From: a virus
Lineage: Duplodnaviria; Caudoviricetes
IMG/VR virus record: IMGVR_UViG_3300037851_000671
Location: 32,001 to 96,000 of that record
DNA: 64,000 nucleotides
Strand: one strand, 5' to 3'
Below, in pieces: positions 56,801-64,000 of the stretch (position 1 is the first letter of the stretch; each line of letters starts with the position of its first letter). Under the pieces are notes generated by a model that was not told the origin of the DNA, ran no database searches, and saw only the letters and a program-made list of their open reading frames with translations. A program made the translations under genes and the position numbers.

Positions 56801-58992
56801 GACCACCACAGTACAATAAGATTCCAAGCAGCGTATTCTACCGCATGTTCCGCACCAGGGATGAAACAGGGTTTAGGGTATTTCCTGAGTTTCTTGAAAG
56901 CCTGTATTTCAATCAGCTTCAAGGTCTGTTTGATAGGATAGAGATCGTAGAAGATCACATACGCCTTCGTTGCATTGCGCTTGGAGCAACTGATGACAGA
57001 ACCAGTAAAGACCTTATTCTTAAATATCCTGAGTTTGCGTTCATAACAGATGAGAATACGGGTAAAATTACAGAAGGGTTGAGGCTCATGATTATGCAGG
57101 CTCACCCAGATCTGAAAGAGGGCCTGCAAAGCGAAGCTCTGAAAACACTTGATAAAAGCACAGCTACTTTCTCTGCTGTTGCCGGTGTTTCAAAACTGTT
57201 TGATGCGGTAACCCAAGCAAAACTCACAGAAGGAGCTGCCAACTATAGCATCTCTAACATGTCTGAGAACAGCGCCAAAATACGTGAGCGTCTGCGGTCA
57301 AAAACAGGACAAGAACCACCAAGCATAGTTGATATGTTTGGAACAAGTAAAGTTGGTGTTCTTGGTAAATCTGTAAGCCAGGTTGATAGGCTGGCGGTTG
57401 TAGATCAATTAGCAACGTTTCTTTCAGAGCGTCAAGAGGTTATCAAGTCCGCTACCAATGCAATGAAGAACTTGAAAGATGGTTTGTCACTAGTAGCGCC
57501 ACAGGTACAGAAGTCATTTCAAATAGATTCTGAGGGAACAGCTGTTACGTTGGGATCAAACGGCTCTGGTAATTTTGCAAGATCAGTAACTACTCCATTC
57601 CTAGCTCAGAAGACAGGAATACCACAACCTTTGCGCCATATGATTGAGTATGAGCAGGATGATGAATACGGTCCTGGTTCTGGCAATCGCTACATCATCA
57701 AAGGCAGCATGTACTCTTCTCTTTCAATAAGAGAAACACCACCAAAGCACACAATGATTAGCGTAACCGGGCTTATTGAACAAGGTTTTGTAGATCCTCC
57801 TTCTGATATGAATACAAGCTCTGATGGAAATGGCATGACAACCGCTTATGCAGTTGATTATGACATGTGGTATATGTACGGATTCCGCGTAGCGCCAGTT
57901 ACAAAGATTCCATTTTTCGGAGATCCAAAAGCTCAGTGTGCTCCTTTTGCAATAGCTCAGCTATTGCAAAACAGAGAGGAAATTCTAAGCGGCACGATTG
58001 AGATGAACGCTTACAACGAGTTTTACCAACCAGGAGATGTTGTTTACATAGAGGACAAGAATCTGTTGTTCTATGTAAGGTCTGTCTCACACAAGATGAA
58101 CGAGTTCAAGAGCCTTTCTACCACACTTGAATTGACATACGGCCATTCACCTGGCGAATATCTACCTAATATGCTGGATGTGGTTGGTAAGGTTATTTAC
58201 AACGCTAAGGGATTCCATGGTGCGTTTAGAAGCGATAGGTATGATTCAGTTGGAGCAAGGCGTCCGCTTGGGGTTATCATATACAATGCTACACAACCAT
58301 CAGCTACCAAGGCCAATACCAATCCAACAGCGGTGGCATCTTCTAGAAGCAGCAGTAATGTAAATCAAAACGCCACAACAGCTGGGGCTACCAAAATCAA
58401 CAACATCACAAAAGCCCTGTTTGGTGGCGCTTTTGGAACTCGTAACAAAGGTATTCTTTCCAATATCATGCTTGGAACATCTGGTGCTTTGAATCAGATG
58501 CATCTGCAAAGGACAAAGGCGTACATTGTGTTGAGGTATTACAGCCCAAGTGACAGAGAAGAAGAAATGCTGAATGCCGCTGATGCAATCAAACAGTGGT
58601 TGGTTGACCCTACACAATTCTCACAATCAACTCAAACCCTAATATCTGGTGGAGGAGGTGCGCCAAAGAATGGGTTTGGAATATCAGAAGATGACATCAT
58701 CATAGAACGAGTTGATCTTGATAAGAACGAATATGACACCGTAGACCCTGAAGAACAAGATACTCAACCAAATGATCAGGGACCGTCTTCTGCGGCATGG
58801 TCTGTGGCATGGGAGCTTGGAGGCGTAAAGCAGAAGCCAAAAGAGCTTGTGAAAAAGATGTCTGAGAATGTTATAGATGTGTTTATTGCTTACTACAAGA
58901 TACCGGCTGCTCAAACCACAACCAAAGACCAAACCAGCCAATCTGGACAGGCCAGTGCCGAAACTGTTATAGTTGCAAATAGGAGAGGCTAA
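53827..58992 (+). CDS. Very large baseplate hub-like protein
   Basis: 1721 aa; hub-like C-terminal GTIEM..Y..FYQPGDVVYI...FYVRSVSH...TTLELTYG; precedes the spike. Confidence 0.6.
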   Translation: MGFLSGLGDVINDQLGTGENTTHSLDSSDGVVKGYGKLGSYAQKIDQSAERSYIEDGFIRNFGPRLRNIIFQEPDVVIVIKKRMFSSLINNHKLDLLEEKEQLVVRAAKKLFQNKCRLISAYERLIKVEKMTVEAGTFNTYLGPMVLNSLDALAPVLALMGIPIDPSTQRAFETLRRILAYSEPASVSGWTNTDWDSEFGNSYVGEGPGTFELTVASSISTTTSTELGEGKADLTFEDPYNLMSITEQDIDQALTDASNLFVSGRFFKFTEIETQNRVEELKRKLALIRANRGASNITIMISEGTLLSQRVRAVVDEEGIEIKFTYNTGVQEAFKGFEKAKSFKDGASSVGSLFSNGGITFDPLFVVDNAELVKNREGPGNKLTQEEAKILADLIKSIYSLISFRKTSQRTLSRQNAELNYARNRLRMMFNGRHIIQPMDVVNIFITTKTYYDEQLTNGFKNVFSGTGNLRLAEKFDSLFSGINNSLNQLLGKTSYDDLEKNAIVGPEFPMWLWRMFKNDITKQAAGTCVFVGICTNVSSNYSAANGKFNLNVSCKDNAHYFELGQVNFQPAADVFNSSIYDPLTPFDVSFDAATGAPLTSNSENYFPPLLPQNQTLLQTGKASFRTGPNKGEQATPFLYGVNDKEYAFNNFNRVLNDPAGLVYRWKQGIQTITKFGRPSPVSSPEQERSVVLTDHPFAGQDMMNVLSSLITGEPYNYVTFLKAAIANGNSGGITNTNGSPPAQSFLEGLMYDLQKNNAIWGNFVPFKKLVIPRSLNEFIAKTTLQALQVNNQLSTQLRERAKLMDEIALTNNGMAKDPYSTLPKDENGYYKQRSDANPTIIINQLKRQLDSVNKSVNNLQNAYMDTIKNAHAPSPEYGVAIIGSNIDIVNGNQSNVNVKKQAAAEDDRRRKLHSITQRRLWDVKANTDKNLFIVDDQYDNNLDLQAFERKIGGKMEIFSSTYATVMEKIKTVKSFLGLEVFANTQGHIEVRPPQYNKIPSSVFYRMFRTRDETGFRVFPEFLESLYFNQLQGLFDRIEIVEDHIRLRCIALGATDDRTSKDLILKYPEFAFITDENTGKITEGLRLMIMQAHPDLKEGLQSEALKTLDKSTATFSAVAGVSKLFDAVTQAKLTEGAANYSISNMSENSAKIRERLRSKTGQEPPSIVDMFGTSKVGVLGKSVSQVDRLAVVDQLATFLSERQEVIKSATNAMKNLKDGLSLVAPQVQKSFQIDSEGTAVTLGSNGSGNFARSVTTPFLAQKTGIPQPLRHMIEYEQDDEYGPGSGNRYIIKGSMYSSLSIRETPPKHTMISVTGLIEQGFVDPPSDMNTSSDGNGMTTAYAVDYDMWYMYGFRVAPVTKIPFFGDPKAQCAPFAIAQLLQNREEILSGTIEMNAYNEFYQPGDVVYIEDKNLLFYVRSVSHKMNEFKSLSTTLELTYGHSPGEYLPNMLDVVGKVIYNAKGFHGAFRSDRYDSVGARRPLGVIIYNATQPSATKANTNPTAVASSRSSSNVNQNATTAGATKINNITKALFGGAFGTRNKGILSNIMLGTSGALNQMHLQRTKAYIVLRYYSPSDREEEMLNAADAIKQWLVDPTQFSQSTQTLISGGGGAPKNGFGISEDDIIIERVDLDKNEYDTVDPEEQDTQPNDQGPSSAAWSVAWELGGVKQKPKELVKKMSENVIDVFIAYYKIPAAQTTTKDQTSQSGQASAETVIVANRRG

Positions 58993-60986
58993 TGTCAGAC
59001 TACGGACAGCTTTTACACTCAATCAAGTTCGGCTCGATTGATAGTTATGATTTTACCAACAACCGAGTGCGTGTTGAAATTCCTGGTGAAAGCACAACAA
59101 AATACACAACCGATGTTCCGGCTGGTTGGCGCGGACCCAAGGGAGAGTTCTCTGGAGGTTATCCTGCCAAAGGTACTCCAGTCATGCTTGGGCTTACTAC
59201 AGGTAACAGATACACAATCGTAGCCTATGCCACCTCAAACACTGGTGGAAACTTTGAGTGGAACGGTGTCAGACGCGTTGACATGAGCAAACTCAACAAA
59301 GAGGGCATGTGGGGTACCCTCATCACCAATGACATCCATATCATTCTTGACCCAGATCAAGGCGTCAAGACTGGTGACTCGAAACAGTATATCCAACAAG
59401 ACCCAATCAAGAAGATATTCACTGCCAATTTCGATCAGCACATGGCCTTTAGCCAATCGCACAGAAGCGTTACAGGCCCAGTGTTTAGGGATATTCGTGT
59501 TGATAGAACTCGTGGTATCAAAGGCTCAGCGCTTACTGACCATTTCTCACAAGGTCCACAAGGCTCCCTTACCAAAATAGGATTGGACGCAAAAAACTCT
59601 GTGGATTCTGCTCCAGGCAACACATCCATCAGCAAATCAGGTAAACGTAACCCTGGTTTTGTGGAGAGTCATACCACCTACTATGAGTTTGAAAACGCTT
59701 ATGGATTTACAACAGATCACAACGAGATAAAACAGCTTGATGGAGAAGACCCAGATCAGATTGGCGCATTCAGCCGTTACGATAGCAGAACCAATGTTCT
59801 AAGCTTGAGCATGGAGGCCCCTAACCATCTTGTGGAGACGGTTACAGGCACACTCGTTGACCTATATGGTAACATTCTTGACATCAATAGAGCCGTACTG
59901 CCAAACGGACAGAAAGAACTGACATTCAAGGGTAGTGATAAGCCTGCTTCAGAGGTGTACAAGAAACTTAGACAATTCACCTCTAAGAGTGTGGCATATC
60001 ACTGGGAATTGAATGCTAGAAAACCTGGATTCGATCTTCCTGACTACAATAACCAGTCTGACTACATCAGGGCGCGTAGCACTTTCTTCTGCGAGGTTGA
60101 TAAAGAAGGACAATTCAAAGTCAATGTTCCAGCATCTAGTGAAACTGGCAACGTACCGCTTCATACACGCTACGATAACTTCTCTGCTTTGAATGGGGCA
60201 AGCAAGAACGGAGACAGAACAGAGTTTGTTAGAAACGCTACTGATGGTACAGATGTAAAGCTTGTGGCTTTTGGTAAGGGATTTGCAACCCTCAAGAGTG
60301 GAGATCCAGATCTTCAGGCTTATGCGGCTCCTTTGGACAGGCTGACCAAAACACAAATCACACTTGGAACTGTGTTTCATGATCTGTCAACTACAATGGA
60401 TTTGCACAAGAGCACACAACCAACACCGCTCTATCCACAAAGCTATTTTACAACCATAGGGCCACAGATTACTGATGTGGTATCAAAAGAGGTAGTTGTA
60501 TATGGTGATGGGGCAAATGCTGGAGGACGAAGCGGCACCATAGCATTGGATGGTTTCTTATCCCTGAGCGTTGGCGCCAATACGGTGGATCGTCAAAGCC
60601 TGTGGTTGGATACAGCCGGAAGCATAGTTGGAGCTATTGGAAGAGATAGGTTCAACAGGTCTATGACATTGCAACTAGACGGTGACATGTATGTCCAGAT
60701 AGGGGCCGAGGGAGTCACTGGAGATAGCCGCTTCTCTGATGTACAAAGACTGAAAAATGGAACACTTGACATAAGGGTTGTAAACCAAGGTGGACAACAG
60801 ATAATAAGAATAGATTCTCGTGGTGTTTACATATACACACCTCAAGCAATTGAAGTTGTTTCTCAAGGAAACCTAACACTAAAATCAAGAGCCGATATGT
60901 ATCTTGATGCAGAGGGTATATACTTCTACACAGGAAAAAGCTCAGGTGGGCGTTATTTGGAAAGAAGCCTAGCTACAATACCTTAA
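58992..60986 (+). CDS. Central tail spike (gp5/gpV-like)
   Basis: N-terminal OB-fold-like G.I...D....RVRVEIP...G.F..GYP.KGT.V.LG; C-terminal short beta repeats; TAATG coupling to the hub. Confidence 0.65.
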   Translation: MSDYGQLLHSIKFGSIDSYDFTNNRVRVEIPGESTTKYTTDVPAGWRGPKGEFSGGYPAKGTPVMLGLTTGNRYTIVAYATSNTGGNFEWNGVRRVDMSKLNKEGMWGTLITNDIHIILDPDQGVKTGDSKQYIQQDPIKKIFTANFDQHMAFSQSHRSVTGPVFRDIRVDRTRGIKGSALTDHFSQGPQGSLTKIGLDAKNSVDSAPGNTSISKSGKRNPGFVESHTTYYEFENAYGFTTDHNEIKQLDGEDPDQIGAFSRYDSRTNVLSLSMEAPNHLVETVTGTLVDLYGNILDINRAVLPNGQKELTFKGSDKPASEVYKKLRQFTSKSVAYHWELNARKPGFDLPDYNNQSDYIRARSTFFCEVDKEGQFKVNVPASSETGNVPLHTRYDNFSALNGASKNGDRTEFVRNATDGTDVKLVAFGKGFATLKSGDPDLQAYAAPLDRLTKTQITLGTVFHDLSTTMDLHKSTQPTPLYPQSYFTTIGPQITDVVSKEVVVYGDGANAGGRSGTIALDGFLSLSVGANTVDRQSLWLDTAGSIVGAIGRDRFNRSMTLQLDGDMYVQIGAEGVTGDSRFSDVQRLKNGTLDIRVVNQGGQQIIRIDSRGVYIYTPQAIEVVSQGNLTLKSRADMYLDAEGIYFYTGKSSGGRYLERSLATIP

Positions 60987-61004
60987 ACCACAGGAAATTC
61001 TACC

Positions 61005-63152
61005 ATGGTATGTAATCCAGCAGACAACTCATTCGACCTTCCGGTTTTGCCACCGTTGAATATTCCTGGTATTGGAAATCCTACTTCTGTTCCAAAATTG
61101 CCAATTCCAGATGTAACAATTCCAGAAGGCATACCAGAAGACATCATTGCGCTGATAGATCAGATTTCAGCCTTGTTCCCAACTGGAATAAAACTTGGAC
61201 CAAATCCAGGTAAGTTTTTCAAAGACGTAATGGATGCTATTGCCAACCTGTTTACGGTGATAGCTCCATTCCTTGCTTTCTACAAATTCATACAGGCCAT
61301 TCTTGATATCATTGTATGTATCATTGATGTAATCTGTGCTTTATTGAACCCATTTGCTTTACCTGGAGCAGTGATGAAGCTGTTCAAGAAATGCATTCCT
61401 AATTTCTTGAGCCTGTTTCCGTTTTTAGCTCTTATCGTAATGATTATTGCTCTACTTCTATTGCTGTTGGCTATTATAGAGTATATAATCAATGTAATAA
61501 TTGATGTCATAAACCAGATTATACAGAACATAAAAAGGCTTGAGGAGGCTTTTAGAGCAAGTGACTCTGAGGGCATTCTAGCCATCATCAGGAAAATCTC
61601 ATACCTGCTGTGTTTGATACAGAACGTATTTGCAATCCTGATAGCATTGCAATCACTACTGGCAATCATCCAGCCGCTAATGGAGCTGAGTGGATTTGGA
61701 ATATGTAGCGACAAGGATGCATGCTGTGGCCCTGACTTCTGCCCTCCGTTCATCAAGAACAACCCAGATGGAATCAAGGGTAACGTTGGGCACCTTTACT
61801 ACATGCCACAAATCAACCAAACACCAGATCCATCACTTACAGTGCCTATGGATTTGGCCCCAAGAAGAGCGGAGTTTTGGCAGTTTTTTGAGGAGGCGAA
61901 TTCAGCTCCTAACATCATTGCCTCAATCATCACTCCATCTCCAAATCTAGGACTTACGTTCTGGGCAGAGGGAGAGTCTTACGCCGACGACGCCAACAAG
62001 ATCAAGGTTCCATATCTTCTTGATATGACCTTCCTGATTGATCCAAAACAATTTGGGCATACCGATGACAAACTAGGAAGGCGCAAATTCCAGATTAAAG
62101 ACATCATTATCAAACAGAAGCCTACAACTTTCCGCAAAAACTACAATGACGCTACTGGAAACGCTTCTGTCTACATACCAAACGGAGTGGCTGTTATCGG
62201 CGGTGGAACGGTATGGGAAGTTCAGAGCGATGGGTCTCTCACCTCATACATGGTCAATGGTAAGCAAGCTACGCTAAATACATTCATTCATCTTCCTACC
62301 ACAAATGCCATTGCCCTACCGTCTACCGATGATGGTTACATGATAAATCAGATTGAGTATACATTCAGGTGGAACTATGAAATGCTGGTAGACAAGCGCC
62401 TTACCTCAATGATGTGTAATCCGCTTTTGGCAAGTGAATCGGCTGTCATAAACGTCGAGAATGACAACATGTCAACAATGGCAAAGATTGGTCCAATGCC
62501 AGATCCATCCAAAACGGTTGCAGCATGTAACAAGTGTATCTCAGAGTTCAGAAAGGGTATCAACGAAGATACGGCCAATGCTTTGCAGGCTTGTTTGCTT
62601 AGTAACCTCAACGGACTAAAGGATGAGACAACGGCGTATTTGTGCAACGCCATCACGGTGGCCGCTAACAGGTTTACAAGCGATGTATCAGTTACTCCTA
62701 AAGTACAGTTTGTGACGCTGCCAATCAAGGTTGCTGTAACGCTCAAGGACAAGAGCGGAACGCAGTTGGCTGTCAAAATTCCAACAGACCTTGGTGAGTG
62801 TATTGCAAAATCCATAACAGCACGTTCTGTTGTTGGACCAAACGGAGAACCAACACTTGGAAAGATAAGCGAGTTCTCATATGATGGTTACGGGCAATTT
62901 GTAGCAGATCTTACAACCAAGGAAGCTGGTGTCGGTTACTTGCAAGCGTATATCAAAGACGAATCAATATCGCGAATACTGAACCGTGACAACCTTACTA
63001 TAAATTCGTCTTTTGAGGAGCTACTTGTCCAGTATGAGTTTGTGGGCGGAGTCAGACCTACAAGCCGCAGAACGGTTCTTAGCGAGGAGCGTGGTGGCGA
63101 TCAGACGGTTGATCGTTTTGATGCGAGCGATACTTCCAAGGATGGTAGCTAA
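61005..63152 (+). CDS. Baseplate-region protein with a long hydrophobic helical segment and Cys clusters
   Basis: FPFLALIVMIIALLLLLLAIIEYIINVIIDVI; CSDKDACCGPDFC; follows the spike. Confidence 0.5.
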   Translation: MVCNPADNSFDLPVLPPLNIPGIGNPTSVPKLPIPDVTIPEGIPEDIIALIDQISALFPTGIKLGPNPGKFFKDVMDAIANLFTVIAPFLAFYKFIQAILDIIVCIIDVICALLNPFALPGAVMKLFKKCIPNFLSLFPFLALIVMIIALLLLLLAIIEYIINVIIDVINQIIQNIKRLEEAFRASDSEGILAIIRKISYLLCLIQNVFAILIALQSLLAIIQPLMELSGFGICSDKDACCGPDFCPPFIKNNPDGIKGNVGHLYYMPQINQTPDPSLTVPMDLAPRRAEFWQFFEEANSAPNIIASIITPSPNLGLTFWAEGESYADDANKIKVPYLLDMTFLIDPKQFGHTDDKLGRRKFQIKDIIIKQKPTTFRKNYNDATGNASVYIPNGVAVIGGGTVWEVQSDGSLTSYMVNGKQATLNTFIHLPTTNAIALPSTDDGYMINQIEYTFRWNYEMLVDKRLTSMMCNPLLASESAVINVENDNMSTMAKIGPMPDPSKTVAACNKCISEFRKGINEDTANALQACLLSNLNGLKDETTAYLCNAITVAANRFTSDVSVTPKVQFVTLPIKVAVTLKDKSGTQLAVKIPTDLGECIAKSITARSVVGPNGEPTLGKISEFSYDGYGQFVADLTTKEAGVGYLQAYIKDESISRILNRDNLTINSSFEELLVQYEFVGGVRPTSRRTVLSEERGGDQTVDRFDASDTSKDGS

Positions 63153-64000
63153 TGGCTGAGATAGACAAACTTCTAGAAGATGCTGCGAAAATTGATGAGG
63201 CTGTCAAAGAAGAGTACCTTGATGATGTTCAAGATTTGAATCTTGACCTGAACAAGCTATACAATGATTGGATCGTTCCAATTGAAAACATACGCAGCAA
63301 GACTGTTATCAATGTAAGCGCTGGACCCAAGATCGGTAAAGAGGGCGTGATTGATGATTCTGGAGAAAGCCAAGAGCCTCAAGAAAGCCGGGCCCATGCA
63401 TTTTTGCGTGGGCTTGGAATACCTGTTGTAGCCTCTGATGGTAAGTTTTTCAATCCTGGCTTCAACCCTAAGAAAACTTCAGCTCAGCAACAGGAGATTC
63501 TATCAATCTCAGGTAATGTAGCTCAAGTCGTTAGAGTGATGCAGGCTAAAAGGGAAATAGACACCAAAGCCAGGCGTAATATATTCCGTAATGCCGGGCA
63601 AGATGCTGCGCTGTTTTCTTTGGCGTTATCATTGCCAGAGGGTCAGAAGAAATTCAACAACATGAAAGAAGGCGCTGACCCCTTGGAGAAAGATTCCCAA
63701 GAACTATCAATACCAAACCGCCATACAATCATCAACAAGGTTTACACCAAGAACGCCGATGGAAACTTTGATGCATTCAGCGAGAAAGAGACATTCAGTG
63801 TTGGCAACTCTCACATGATACGTCCTTTGACAACTGATCCTCTTATCTGCTCTACTGTAAGAACACGTGACAGACAGCTTTGTGTACCATTCCCTGAAAA
63901 CAACAATGATACCTATAAATCACAGAAGCTAAAGCTTAAAAGGTGTGGACTTGAGCTTATCATCAGGCTCAGGTTGAAGCAGAGGTCTGTGCCCGAGGAT
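63152..64000 (+). CDS. Baseplate-region hypothetical protein, truncated by window end
   Basis: TAATG-coupled ATG at 63152; MAEIDKLLEDAAKIDEAVKEEY... open for 283 codons to the end of the window. Confidence 0.75.
   Translation, partial: MAEIDKLLEDAAKIDEAVKEEYLDDVQDLNLDLNKLYNDWIVPIENIRSKTVINVSAGPKIGKEGVIDDSGESQEPQESRAHAFLRGLGIPVVASDGKFFNPGFNPKKTSAQQQEILSISGNVAQVVRVMQAKREIDTKARRNIFRNAGQDAALFSLALSLPEGQKKFNNMKEGADPLEKDSQELSIPNRHTIINKVYTKNADGNFDAFSEKETFSVGNSHMIRPLTTDPLICSTVRTRDRQLCVPFPENNNDTYKSQKLKLKRCGLELIIRLRLKQRSVPED

Noticed and set aside
46319-63152. Extracellular contractile injection system or tailocin
   Set aside because: A major capsid gene and neck genes lie in the same co-oriented cluster.
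1-64000. tRNA, rRNA, CRISPR arrays, or active stop-codon recoding
   Set aside because: Intergenic gaps are too short and show no such structures; genes abut cleanly under the standard bacterial code.

Overview
A 64 kb, almost fully coding, nearly all + strand segment of a large (jumbo-type) contractile-tailed dsDNA phage, covering most of its virion morphogenesis region. Order: head genes (probable decoration protein; HK97-type major capsid gene split by a group I intron carrying a LAGLIDADG homing endonuclease); an array of modular fibre-like proteins with a glycosyltransferase; a small accessory island (IscS/NifS-like cysteine desulfurase, HNH nuclease, cold-shock protein); neck genes interleaved with predicted peptidases; a free-standing LAGLIDADG gene; two large beta-helix appendage proteins; one minus-strand lipoprotein cassette; then tail terminator, sheath, tube, chaperone pair, tape measure, tube initiator, a very large hub, spike and further baseplate-region genes (last one truncated). 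Most notable unexplained signals: (1) the tripeptide DGY occurs about 52 times (manual count), nearly all in predicted outer virion proteins; (2) two short motifs sit at fixed distances before start codons that lack a Shine-Dalgarno, suggesting two phage promoter classes driving leaderless mRNAs; (3) short stand-alone paralogues of the capsid C-terminus and of the head-tail adaptor; (4) a CCC-UGA candidate +1 frameshift at the tail-chaperone position. All family assignments come from motif recognition and gene order only; no database searches were run.
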